Source: Ostreococcus lucimarinus (lineage: Eukaryota). Taken from it: a stretch of DNA of 64,000 bases. Of the stretch, positions 1 to 9,469 are shown piece by piece. How positions within the stretch are numbered: position 1 is the first letter of the stretch; every line of letters begins with the position of its first letter. The stretch is from NCBI GenBank assembly GCA_000092065.1, contig CP000581.1. One strand, written 5' to 3'. A model generated the notes under the pieces. That model was not told the origin of the DNA and did not search any database. It saw nothing but the letters and a program-made list of their open reading frames with translations. The translations under genes and the position numbers were made by a program.

Positions 1-410
1 CATTCCGTCGCCACCGAGCTCGACGCGATCGCACTTCCGCATCCGAACGTCTTGAAGCACGAGTCCACGATGTTGCCCTCGTCGTCCACCTTAATCTGCA
101 GCTTCATCACGTCCCCGCACGCGGGAGCCCCGACGACGCCCGTGCCGACGTTCAGATCGCTCTTATCGAACGAACCAACATTTCTTGGGTTTTCGTAATG
201 ATCCACCACCTGCGATGCGCGCGTCGCACGCCTCGGTTAGTCTCATTCTTGGCTTTCTCTTCGAGTCGCGTCGACGACGACGATTCCACCGCGCGCTTCC
301 GTCGCGCGCACCTTTTTGTCGTAGGCGCGTTCGAAAACTCGAGAGCACGCGACGGATTTCGCGCTCGTCGTCCCTCGGCGCGCCGTTCGTTCGATCGCAC
401 GTCGTAACAT
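1..410 (-). CDS. ISCU: Fe-S cluster assembly scaffold ISCU (mitochondrial type); join(complement(312..410),complement(1..209)); 3' end runs off window start
   Basis: Minus-strand translation of 209..1 gives VVDHYENPRNVGSFDKSDLNVGTGVVGAPACGDVMKLQIKVDDEGNIVDSCFKTFGCGSAIASSSVATEW, the ISCU core with its conserved Cys residues. An upstream 33-codon micro-exon (MLRRAIERTARRGTTSAKSVACSRVFERAYDKK, presequence-like) is joined through a GTGCGC...GACTAAC...CAG intron, restoring the conserved YxKKVVDHYENP junction. Neither ORF-track frame covers this. Confidence 0.8.
210..311 (-). other. intron (ISCU), 102 nt
   Basis: Donor GTGCGC, branch-like GAGACTAACCG about 30 nt upstream of acceptor CGCATCGCAG|; phase 0; the splice restores a conserved protein junction. 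Confidence 0.7.
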
Positions 411-570
411 ATCGCGTTGTCGCGCGCGAAGTGACGTCGGGGGCCTGCGACCACGGCGCTGGGGGGGGCGATCGGGGCGACACGAGGCGGCGCTCGAGCT
501 CGTCAGCGCGGGTCTGAAACGCGTGCGTGAGCGAAATTTGCAGAAGTGTGGTGGGCTAATAATATTTTGA

Positions 571-2670
571 CTAAACGTTTTCTAGGTCTCCAAGAACTCT
601 ACGGCTCGACTGGCTCGTTTGCCTGTTGACGAGCCTGTCGACGAGCGTGCGCGTGGAGTCAGCCGTGGAGGTTCCCATGGAGGTGATGGACTGCGACGCC
701 TCGGTACTGCCCGCGGCTAAATCAGAAAGCACCGCGGCGACTTTATCCGGGAAGTGATCGGCGAAGAATCCGTACTGAATCATCATCCCACGGTCCATGA
801 GTTCGTGGGCTTCCACGAGGCGCGGGGCGTATGAACCATTGGGAAGCCGGAGCAAGTGAATGAGTTGTCCCGGAGGATGCAACGGCGCCGCCATCATGGG
901 TGTCGAGTCGACTTGCGCCCGTGAGAACGTTCTGAAATCCTCGCGAAGCGCTGTAGACTCACTCGCCGCACTTTCTGGGTCAAGAACGTCAGAAATTTGC
1001 AACTTGGTGCCGTTGAACGTCATTCGCATCATCAAAGAAAACTTGTTCAGCTTTGCGTTGGTCAGCGAGTCCATCATGTCGCTACGGAGCTTCAACAACA
1101 CTGGTCCCGATAGTCGACAGAATAAATCACAGTGATGCACCGTGCTATACGTCCAAGCCTTAGTGATATTGCTTAACTTTGGACTCAACACGCCTCCAGG
1201 AGGTTCGATGCACCACACTTTCAAGTTGGGAAACTTTTTGCGAAGATGCAAGGACAACGCGGCGGCGACGCCCGCGCCCAAGGAGTGCCCAGTTAAGACC
1301 AAGTCCCAGTCGTGACAATCGACGGCGCTGCTCGGAAGCGGCGCACTCTCTGCGGACGGCTGCTCTCCTAAAATTGTCTGTTCTAAAATTCGATTCGCGT
1401 TCAAGTCCGAGAGAATAAAATTGGTCGCTCGAAAAACGCCCGAGTGCACGTGAAGATCAGAACCTTGAAGTCCTGGCTCATGTATGGCATCGGCGTTTAA
1501 CATGCACGGCTTATACATGCTATCCGTGACACAGTCTGCGATGCTCAATGTACCCCGTACCGAGAGCACCACCGCCTTGCGACGAACGTCTCGAGCAATA
1601 AAATATGGCGGTTCACCAATGCCGTTCGCCATCGACACGTAAAACAAATCATCCGACGCAATCCCCGCGCACTTTTTCAACGCTTCACGGTTCAAATCGT
1701 GCGGATCGCGATGGTCCTGCGATTTCCTCAAGCATTTTCGACAACCGCAACAACTCATGCATGCCTCGGACGAACACGCCATTCCGATGCCGGAACGCGG
1801 ATCCGCCCAAGCGAACAGCGCCCATCCGTACGCTGCGAGCGCCCATCGAGAATAATGTGCTGCATCCTCGTACATCGCGTTGAGAGACTTGTACGGCGCG
1901 AGCGCGTCCGAATCTGTTGCGAGCGGCTTACCCAACGGCTCGTTCTCGATCATGTGTCTATGCTGAATCGCGAGCAAGCCCATGCCTGCGGCGATGTCGC
2001 TCGGAACCACATCTGCGCCCTGAAAAACCTCCGCGAAACAATTTGCTACGTGACCTAACGTCCCTTGCTCCGCTAACTGCCTGTCCACTTCGGGATCCTC
2101 CGTTCTCTCTCGACGTCTGATGCACAAAACCGTCGCGATGATGTTGAAAATCTTGTACCACTTTTGATCGCTCGGTAAGTGTCCAAACATGCTAAACATC
2201 AGCATAATTCCACAGAAATGCACGCCGATGACGATGAAATTCCCAATGATGATGCTCAACACCATTCCCCGCACGCGTGCGCGATCCATGCACGCCGATA
2301 ACTCCGCATCCACAACAGTACCCAAAATTGTAAACGCAATGTCCACGGACAACAGGAACAAGTGCGCGTACAAGAAGTATGGCACCAAACGTCTCTTCTC
2401 CGGTTCTAAGATTCTCCCTCGCAGGGAGAGATGAAGCAGGATCGCCTCTACGCACAGCGCGACGAAATAACACGAGAACGTCGCGTAAAACCATGCCATC
2501 GCGTGTTCCCCGCCCGCGCAGTTTTGTCGCAACGTCCTGTGCGCGCGCTCGTACACCACCAATATGATCACGCACCACAGCGTGTGCACCGTCATCAATC
2601 CCGCCATGGGCAGCGGCAAATCATCGCTCGACAACAGCCAGTGGCGTCCGAACAAGCGAATGGCCGGCAT
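571..2670 (-). CDS. sn1-specific diacylglycerol lipase-like protein (4 TM helices + lipase class 3 domain)
   Basis: GHSLGAGVAAALSLHL nucleophile-elbow motif of class-3 lipases sits C-terminal to four hydrophobic helices (LWCVIILVVY, AMAWFYATFSCYFVALCVEAILL, VPYFLYAHLFLLSVDIAF, GMVLSIIIGNFIVIGVHFCGIMLMF). Start set at internal ATG (MPAIRLFG) because the first 119 codons of ORF 571..3027 are Arg-rich low-complexity read-through. Confidence 0.7.
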   Translation of the reverse strand: MPAIRLFGRHWLLSSDDLPLPMAGLMTVHTLWCVIILVVYERAHRTLRQNCAGGEHAMAWFYATFSCYFVALCVEAILLHLSLRGRILEPEKRRLVPYFLYAHLFLLSVDIAFTILGTVVDAELSACMDRARVRGMVLSIIIGNFIVIGVHFCGIMLMFSMFGHLPSDQKWYKIFNIIATVLCIRRRERTEDPEVDRQLAEQGTLGHVANCFAEVFQGADVVPSDIAAGMGLLAIQHRHMIENEPLGKPLATDSDALAPYKSLNAMYEDAAHYSRWALAAYGWALFAWADPRSGIGMACSSEACMSCCGCRKCLRKSQDHRDPHDLNREALKKCAGIASDDLFYVSMANGIGEPPYFIARDVRRKAVVLSVRGTLSIADCVTDSMYKPCMLNADAIHEPGLQGSDLHVHSGVFRATNFILSDLNANRILEQTILGEQPSAESAPLPSSAVDCHDWDLVLTGHSLGAGVAAALSLHLRKKFPNLKVWCIEPPGGVLSPKLSNITKAWTYSTVHHCDLFCRLSGPVLLKLRSDMMDSLTNAKLNKFSLMMRMTFNGTKLQISDVLDPESAASESTALREDFRTFSRAQVDSTPMMAAPLHPPGQLIHLLRLPNGSYAPRLVEAHELMDRGMMIQYGFFADHFPDKVAAVLSDLAAGSTEASQSITSMGTSTADSTRTLVDRLVNRQTSQSSRRVLGDLENV

Positions 2671-3179
2671 ACCGCGCGCGCGCGATCTTCCCGCGTCGCT
2701 CCCGCGCAGGCGTCTCTCGGACCGTGTGATTCGCGCGTCGCTCGCGCCTCTCGCCTCTCGCCTCGCGCGCGCGTCTCGGCGCCTCGCGCGGCGCGACGAA
2801 CGCCCGCGCCTTCGTTCGCGCGCCGCGCTCGATCGCCGCGCTCGATCGCCGCGTTCGATCGACGACGCGCGCGTCGATTTGCCGCGCAACACCATTGTTG
2901 GTCCAGAGCAAAAAGAGCGAAATTCGACCGACCGGCGTGTCGGGAAAGACGACGGCGCGCGGCAGAAGACGCCGCCACCATGGTCGCGCGCGGTGCGACG
3001 GTGTGCGTGGGAGCGCGGTGTGGACACGCCTCTTGGCGTGCGCGCGAGAGACGAACGACGAGGTGCGCGCGACTACGACACGAAACGACGAGACGACGAC
3101 GCGCGTGCTGAATTTGAAATTTCAATCGGCGCGCGAGGCTGCGCGACGATGACGCGTTCGGGTTCGCGATCGAGCGGTC

Positions 3180-6100
3180 GTGGGACGAGACAGGGCGCGA
3201 AAGACTGACGCAGATGCGGTGCCGTGCGGTGATGCCGACCTTAGGCGTGTCGATCGTGGTGGGTGGCTCGACGGCGACGCGAGACTATCGACGCGAGGCG
3301 GACGCGTCGACGCTTCGGTGGCGGAGGGCGAGACGACGTGGCGAGGGGATTCGGGAAGTGATGCGGACGATGGAACGAGCGTGCAGGATGGTAGGGAATG
3401 GTACACGTTTAAGCACGGAGAGAACGTGCGGTGGTTGGTGGAACAGAGTGGGTTAGACTGGGCCACTCTGGAGCAACTGAATCCAGACATGGATTTGACG
3501 ACGACGTTTCCGGGAGATAGAATTGTTATCCGTGGACCACCGAGTTTAAAGCCGAACGATCGTGTGGTTGCAGCAGTGGTGGCACAACCGACGTCTTCCG
3601 TCGTGGTGACGCCAAGATTATCGACGTGGAGCTCACCCGTCGCATTAGCGGGTGTGCTCATCGTGGGTATCGTCACCGGCGCAGCTTTCGCGGGGAAAAG
3701 GCGGCTATCCACGGTCATCATGGCGCTCACGGGGAACGCGGACCCACAACTCGAGGCAAAAGACAACGAAATTGACGCTCTCAGAGCCCACCTGGATGTC
3801 GCGGAACGTGATCTCACGGACATGCGAGAGAAGTGGCTGAGGAACGAACAGTCGCTGGAAAACTTGCAACAGCTCCTGGAAAGTGCGTCGCGAGCCGACG
3901 CATCTTTGAGAGACCAAATCAGCGTGCTGAAAGAGTCCCTAGACTCAAGAAATAACGATGTCAAACGTCTCGAAAGCTCGAACGCTGAAGCCAATGAGCT
4001 TGCGGAGCAGTACAAAACCAAGCTTAAGAACGCTCAAGGTGAAGTTGACGCGCTGCGGGAAACTGAGAGAAACAGTGCGTCTCAACTTGCCCAAGTCACG
4101 CAGATGACAACGCAGTACGAAGGCGATATTTTGAGTTATAAAAGTAAATTATTGGACATCGAGGCGGAGCTGATGGCTCTCAGAGAGCTCAACGACGGTT
4201 ATTCTGATGAAGCAAATACCTCAAAAGAAAAGTACAAAGAGACACTGAGCGAAATTGCCAAAGTGACAGAGTTGAATGACAAGCTCGAGGCAGAGCTTTC
4301 AAAAACGAACGAACAGGTGATAAATCATCTAAACCAGCTAGCCATTCATAAGCACGACATGGAAAAGCTGGAATTAGAACTCGCGGCTTCTCGCAACGAT
4401 CTGTCAGAGTTGACGGTTGATTTTGAAAGCGCGAATACAAAATTGAGTTCACTTACGTCTGAACTGGAAGATAGCCGATCAGAGGCACTCGCATACTCGA
4501 ATGAGCTTCAAACTGTGAAAACCGACCTCGAGATTTCGATGGACGAACTCGAAACACTCAGAAAAAGTCTTAAAGCTTCGCAAGATCACGTTTCAGAATA
4601 TGAGATCAATCTCTCGGGTTACAAAACAAAGCTCGAAATGGTTCAATCGTCGCTTGAGATATCTCGTAATGAAGCCACAAGCTATCATGATGATCTTACT
4701 TTAAATAAACGTGAACTTGAGGAGGTGCGCGATGGACTTGAGCAGATAACGAGCGAGCTACGAGCTTCAAAGACTGAAAATTCCAGCTTATCTGATGAAC
4801 TCGACTGCTTAAAAAGCGAGCTTGAAATGCTTCAATCACAACTTGCTACTGCGAATGACGAGTCCTCAACACTCTCGATCGATCTTGCAGGGATTAAAAG
4901 TAAGCTCGAAATGGCTGAAAAAGCTCTGGAAGAGTCTCGCAATCAGGCATCTGGGTATAAGGGCGAGCTGGAAGTAGCACGTAATGAGGCTGTACAATTG
5001 TCTAGCGAGCTCATGGGCTTGAAAGTTAAGGTAGACGAGTTGGAGGTAGCGCTCAATGAAACCAGCGGAGAGTCGTCGACTCTTTCCATCGACCTCGCTG
5101 GTTTCAAGAGCAAGCTAGCAATGGTCGAGGAAGCTCTCGAGCAAGCGCGCACGCAGTCCTCTGAGTATGAAGGCGAGCTCGCTCGCGCTCGCGAGGCGCT
5201 CGAGAATGAGGCAAACGAGAAGAGATCCATGGAAGAGAAGTTTTCGAAGATGTGCGAGGAGCTATCTCAGCAGGGCATGCAAGCGTCGGAGGAAGGGGGA
5301 CGCCTAGAGCGCGAGCTCGCTTACACTCGCGAGGCGCTCGAGAATGAGGCAAACGAGAAGAGATCCATGGAGGAGAAGTTTTCAAAGACGTGCGAAGAGT
5401 TATCTCAGCAGGGCATGCAGGCGTCGCAGGAAGTTGATCGCCTGCAAGGTGAGTTGCAAAAGTCTAGAACCGCACTTGATAAAGCTAACGGCGAATCTTC
5501 ACTTCTTTCCATTGACCTCGCTGGTTTCAAGAGCAAGCTAGCAATGGTCGAGGAAGCTCTCGAGCAAGCGCGCATGCAGTCCTCTGAGTATGAAGGCGAG
5601 CTCGCTCGCGCTCGCGAGGCGCTCGAGAATGAGGCAAACGAGAAGAGATCCATGGAAGAGAAGTTTTCGAAGATGTGCGAGGAGCTATCTCAGCAGGGCA
5701 TGCAAGCGTCGGAGGAAGTTGATCGCCTGCAAGGTGAGTTGCAGGCGGCGCAAGCGGCGCTCGATAGCGCGTCGGGCGAGTCGTCGACTCTTTCCATCGA
5801 CCTCACTGGTTTCAAGAGCAAGCTAGCAATGGTCGAGGAAGCTCTCGAGCAAGCGCGCACGCAGTCCTCTGAGTATGAAGGCGAGCTCGCTCGCGCTCGC
5901 GAGGCGCTCGAGAATGAGGCAAACGAGAAGAGATCCATGGAAGAGAAGTTTTCGAAGATGTGCGAGGAGCTATCTCAGCAGGGCATGCAAGCGTCGGAGG
6001 AAGGGGGACGCCTAGAGCGCGAGCTCGCTCGCGCTCGCGAGGCGCTCGAGAATGAGGCAAACGAGAAGAGATCCATGGAAGAGAAGTTTTCGAAGATGTG

Positions 6101-7805
6101 CGAGGAGCTATCTCAGCAGGGCATGCAAGCGTCGGAGGAAGTTGATCGCCTGCAAGGTGAGTTGCAGGCGGCGCAAGCGGCGCTCGATAGCGCGGTGCGG
6201 GATTCAACGGAGATTCGCATTTCTGCTGATGGCTACAAGATGAATCTTGAAGCAGCGCAATGCGAGCTTGATGCGTTACGATCGCAAAGCGGTGACACGT
6301 CATCAGACCTTACAGAATATAAGAACAAGGTTGAATCATTGCAGTCCGAGCTTTTGTCTGCCCGTGAGGACTCTATGAAAACAGCAGAGGCTTTATCGCG
6401 AGAACAAATCAAATTTCAAGGCATGGAGGAAAAGTTGGCAAATATCGTAGCATCGAGCGGGGCAGACAACGTTGAGATTGAAACTTATAAATCACGGCTT
6501 GCGAGCAGTGAATTAGAACTCGAAACTCTTAGGGTGAAAGCAGCGGTAAATGCTGAAGAAGCAGAAAAGTATCAAGTAAATCTCATCGACGCCCGTGAGG
6601 AAGTTGCAAGATTAGCCGATGAAATTGGCGAGTGGAAGAGCAAAGCAGATTCTCTCGAACACCAACTCGGTCAAGTTCAGATGGAGCACCCCGACAAAGA
6701 TGAAGATGCAGAAAAAAATCGTCAGCTTGAGGACGAGTTAGAACTCTTAAAAGAAAAAGTCTCAGCGTCATCGGCTGAAATAGAGTCATACATGGGTAAG
6801 TTGGAGCACGCGGAATCTGAACTTTCAGTGATGCGAGCTGAGATTGAAGGAGGAAAACACGAAAGATCCGAACAAAACCAGGAAGTGATCGCGCGCATGC
6901 AAATTGAAGTTAGTGCAGCAAATGAGCGAGCTGATCGCTATAAGCAGCGTTTGCTTGAGCTCGAGGAAAATATGCAGCTCAAGTTAGAATCCCTTGAGTC
7001 GATTGCTGAATTTTCTGAAACAGAGGAAGTGCGATTGCTGCAGGAACAAATTTCGAGGCTTGAGTCAGAAAACGCCGAGGCGAACTCAATGCTGAAAAAC
7101 ATGGAACAGGATATAGCGAAAATGCGTGTCTCTTCTATCGAGCCTTCTCAGTCTCCAATGTGGCTGATCGAGGAAGAGCGGCGTGACATGGAATTATCTA
7201 TGCTTGAAGCGAGACAAGCAGCACAGCTCTCATTGGCACAAGTGTCGCAGGCGGTAACCAAAATGAGACAACAAGCGCGAGGCGAGCTGGTTTCGCATGC
7301 CATCTCTTGCGAGTTCAAAGTACGCAAAGATGTTGGCGAACATCAATTCCTTTGTTTGGTAGGAAGTTGGCACGAGTGGGATGTACAGACAGCTGATTAC
7401 ATGCAGCGCGGCGCTGATGGTACCTGGCAAGTTGCCATCACGCTCTTTGCAGATGAGGCGTACGAATATAAATACTGTGTTTGCGAGGTAAATGAGCACG
7501 GTCAGCGTGTTCCAATAGAGTGGCAAGTAGGCCACAATCACGGCTTTGCCTTCGATTCAAATCTAATCGTCAATCAGAACATGAAGGCCAAGGCGCAGAT
7601 CCGAGATAAATTTCTCGCGGATCCAGCGCATACCCCAATAATCTTATTTGGGCCAAATGGTGAAAAGTTTGAGACGGGTAGTACGGCGCTGCTCCACAAC
7701 TTCTCGAATCACATCGCTGAAAGTGGATTTGAGAATTTGCGAACGAGTCTTGAGCGTTTAAATGCCATCCTCGCGAAGTCACAGCGTAAAAATCTTGAGG
7801 CGTAG
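3180..7805 (+). CDS. Giant LysM - transmembrane - coiled-coil (internally repeated) - CBM20/48-type starch-binding domain protein
   Basis: N-terminal LysM-like segment YTFKHGENVRWLVEQSGLDWATLEQLNPDM...FPGDRIVIRGPP; one TM helix WSSPVALAGVLIVGIVTGAAFAG followed by KRR; about 1150 aa of E/L/K/A-rich heptad coiled coil; C-terminal FKVRKDVGEHQFLCLVGSWHEWD...GTWQVAITL...EYKYCVCEVNEHGQRVPIEWQVGHNHGFAF matches the CBM20/CBM48 fold signature. True start uncertain (first 60 aa D/G/R-rich). Confidence 0.7.
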   Translation: MGRDRARKTDADAVPCGDADLRRVDRGGWLDGDARLSTRGGRVDASVAEGETTWRGDSGSDADDGTSVQDGREWYTFKHGENVRWLVEQSGLDWATLEQLNPDMDLTTTFPGDRIVIRGPPSLKPNDRVVAAVVAQPTSSVVVTPRLSTWSSPVALAGVLIVGIVTGAAFAGKRRLSTVIMALTGNADPQLEAKDNEIDALRAHLDVAERDLTDMREKWLRNEQSLENLQQLLESASRADASLRDQISVLKESLDSRNNDVKRLESSNAEANELAEQYKTKLKNAQGEVDALRETERNSASQLAQVTQMTTQYEGDILSYKSKLLDIEAELMALRELNDGYSDEANTSKEKYKETLSEIAKVTELNDKLEAELSKTNEQVINHLNQLAIHKHDMEKLELELAASRNDLSELTVDFESANTKLSSLTSELEDSRSEALAYSNELQTVKTDLEISMDELETLRKSLKASQDHVSEYEINLSGYKTKLEMVQSSLEISRNEATSYHDDLTLNKRELEEVRDGLEQITSELRASKTENSSLSDELDCLKSELEMLQSQLATANDESSTLSIDLAGIKSKLEMAEKALEESRNQASGYKGELEVARNEAVQLSSELMGLKVKVDELEVALNETSGESSTLSIDLAGFKSKLAMVEEALEQARTQSSEYEGELARAREALENEANEKRSMEEKFSKMCEELSQQGMQASEEGGRLERELAYTREALENEANEKRSMEEKFSKTCEELSQQGMQASQEVDRLQGELQKSRTALDKANGESSLLSIDLAGFKSKLAMVEEALEQARMQSSEYEGELARAREALENEANEKRSMEEKFSKMCEELSQQGMQASEEVDRLQGELQAAQAALDSASGESSTLSIDLTGFKSKLAMVEEALEQARTQSSEYEGELARAREALENEANEKRSMEEKFSKMCEELSQQGMQASEEGGRLERELARAREALENEANEKRSMEEKFSKMCEELSQQGMQASEEVDRLQGELQAAQAALDSAVRDSTEIRISADGYKMNLEAAQCELDALRSQSGDTSSDLTEYKNKVESLQSELLSAREDSMKTAEALSREQIKFQGMEEKLANIVASSGADNVEIETYKSRLASSELELETLRVKAAVNAEEAEKYQVNLIDAREEVARLADEIGEWKSKADSLEHQLGQVQMEHPDKDEDAEKNRQLEDELELLKEKVSASSAEIESYMGKLEHAESELSVMRAEIEGGKHERSEQNQEVIARMQIEVSAANERADRYKQRLLELEENMQLKLESLESIAEFSETEEVRLLQEQISRLESENAEANSMLKNMEQDIAKMRVSSIEPSQSPMWLIEEERRDMELSMLEARQAAQLSLAQVSQAVTKMRQQARGELVSHAISCEFKVRKDVGEHQFLCLVGSWHEWDVQTADYMQRGADGTWQVAITLFADEAYEYKYCVCEVNEHGQRVPIEWQVGHNHGFAFDSNLIVNQNMKAKAQIRDKFLADPAHTPIILFGPNGEKFETGSTALLHNFSNHIAESGFENLRTSLERLNAILAKSQRKNLEA
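5070..6190 (+). repeat. Near-identical in-frame tandem DNA repeats inside the coiled-coil gene (alternating ~138-nt and ~285-nt units)
   Basis: The block GCGAGGCGCTCGAGAATGAGGCAAACGAGAAGAGATCCATGGAAGAGAAGTTTTCGAAGATGTGCGAGGAGCTATCTCAGCAGGGCATGCAAGCGTCGGAGGAAG recurs about 5 times (near 5190, 5328, 5613, 5899, 6037). The longer unit beginning GAGTCGTCGACTCTTTCCATCGACCTCGCTGGTTTCAAGAGCAAGCTAGCAATGGTCGAGGAAGCTCTCGAGCAAGCGCGCACGCAGTCCTCTGAGTATGAAGGCGAG recurs 3 times (near 5071, 5491, 5771) with only scattered substitutions. Confidence 0.85.
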
Positions 7806-8152
7806 ATCAGTAGCAAAATGTTGGGGCGAGATTCCTTCAGGCATAGATTCCTTCAGGCTTAGACACGAAGTAGTTCTTCCTTAACAAATTCAATTTCAAA
7901 ACAAACTATAAATTTTATTTACTGAGCGGCTGCACATGTACTAAGTAATGTCGTTTAATATTCTCCTGGCGATGCGACGAGTATCCCACCTTGCGTCAAG
8001 TCTGCCCATTTCAAACACTTCACTGCACGGCGTGTCGCTACGCTTGCGGCGCGCGCGCTACGACTCTGAATTGACGCAACGTCCAGGTCGCACGCATTAG
8101 CCGAACGCGCTCCACGCGTCGTCGTGCACAGTCAAATACGCTCGACGGCGAG

Positions 8153-9322
8153 ATGATCGACGCCGCGGTGGGTGTTGGCGGCAACGTTGTCGAGTCCGAG
8201 GCTCTGTTGGAGCCTGCGAGTGGGTCGGGACGCGATCGTCGTCTCGCACGCAAAGCATTACAATGGTCCGGCGCGATGCTGACGTTTGCGTCGTTCATCG
8301 CGCTCGGCGTCGTTGCAAAGCGGCGCTGGGTTGGCGTTGAGCGCGCGAGCGCGGCGGCGTTGGGAGACACGCCTGGAACAGTGCGCGTGGAATCGTTCGA
8401 CACCGCGGCTTGTCAGTGGCGTCTTGATCGTGCGCTTGACGAGAATATTCGGTGTAATCCGGCTGGCACAGACGTCGTGGTAGTGCCCAAACTCAAAGCG
8501 GTGTACGTGGATGTGACGAAGGCGGCGAGTGAAAGTATACGAAGTCGTCTATTAGATGTCTACAACTCAAGCTGGACAAATGAAGAATACGCCATGGACG
8601 AAGGGAACAACATCGTTCGTTCGACTACTTCTTCGTTGTCGGATGAATTGTTGGATTCATACAAATTCTTCACGTTTGTACGAAATCCAAGTGAGCGTTT
8701 CGTCTCTGGCTATCAGCAGGCTTTCTGTCGCTCTTTGTGTCAGGGATGCATGCATGGAAAGACACCCACCCGGCCTCCGACGATTGAGCAGACGATCGAT
8801 TTGATAGAAATCATGCGCGGTAGGGCGAAGCATGACGACAGCTTTTGCTCGAATCGTCTGGGGGCGCCGCAAGACCAGAGCTTTTTGAACAATCCTTGGT
8901 TGGATGAGCACTTACAATCAACCGTATCGAGGCTCAGTGGTGTAACTCGACGTGGCTCGCGCGTACCAATGCACTTTATAGGTCGAACTGAGTCGTTGGA
9001 CGAAGATTGGAACCGTCTTATGGATGAGCTCGGCGTCGAACCAAGTCACCCTGTTCGTGCTCCGCTCAAGCACGTCGAGCACGAGTGCGCGATCTCCGAG
9101 CGCGAAAGACATTTGAAAGCCCAACGTGACGTATTCTTCTCTCACATAGTCCGTGGTGAACGAGCTCCAGAATCAGGCGAGCTTTATGAACCAGTGGAAG
9201 TCATTTACTCACGCGACAGAGCCGAGGTACACATCCCGAAGCCGAGTACCGCAAACGGTGGTGCGTACTTTGATAGATTCAAAACGCTCTACGAGGACGA
9301 TTACCGATGCCTCGATTATTAG
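8153..9322 (+). CDS. Carbohydrate sulfotransferase-like protein (Sulfotransfer_2 family), type II membrane topology
   Basis: N-terminal TM AMLTFASFIALGVVA; 3'-PAPS-binding-like FTFVRNPSERFVSGY; HFIGRTESLDEDWNRLM and C-terminal YFDRFKTLYEDDYRCLDY resemble conserved blocks of Golgi carbohydrate sulfotransferases. 5'-PSB motif is degenerate. Confidence 0.5.
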   Translation: MIDAAVGVGGNVVESEALLEPASGSGRDRRLARKALQWSGAMLTFASFIALGVVAKRRWVGVERASAAALGDTPGTVRVESFDTAACQWRLDRALDENIRCNPAGTDVVVVPKLKAVYVDVTKAASESIRSRLLDVYNSSWTNEEYAMDEGNNIVRSTTSSLSDELLDSYKFFTFVRNPSERFVSGYQQAFCRSLCQGCMHGKTPTRPPTIEQTIDLIEIMRGRAKHDDSFCSNRLGAPQDQSFLNNPWLDEHLQSTVSRLSGVTRRGSRVPMHFIGRTESLDEDWNRLMDELGVEPSHPVRAPLKHVEHECAISERERHLKAQRDVFFSHIVRGERAPESGELYEPVEVIYSRDRAEVHIPKPSTANGGAYFDRFKTLYEDDYRCLDY

Positions 9323-9469
9323 CCATTTAGCCAACACTTACCATTAGCGTTCATCATTAGCTAGCTCGATGAATTAGACTCCTTCAACTTTCAACTTTCA
9401 ACCACGCCCGATGTCCCCCACAACGCTTCAGACGCCGCCGCGTAGTTCGGCCGATCCCACCGCGGCGTC

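Noticed and set aside
3063-3202. Possible extra 5' intron of the giant coiled-coil gene (GTGCGC at about 3063 ... AAGACTGACGCAG at about 3196-3202)
   Set aside because: Signals present, but no upstream exon/frame combination gives a continuous ORF into the main frame. Could be a 5'-UTR intron or coincidence; left unannotated.
2431-3208. Long Arg/Ala-rich ORFs, e.g. 2431..3111, 2564..3208, 15551..16471, 29554..30570, 36944..38101, 44028..44753, 58185..59186 and many others
   Set aside because: Low-complexity RxRR/AxAR strings antisense to or frame-shifted from genuine genes; a GC-content artefact (stop codons are AT-rich). No domain content, and they overlap well-supported genes.
8153-9322. 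Considered whether the sulfotransferase-like gene plus neighbouring coiled-coil genes form a glycan-modification cluster
   Set aside because: Neighbours are unrelated housekeeping or hypothetical genes on mixed strands; no co-functional signature.
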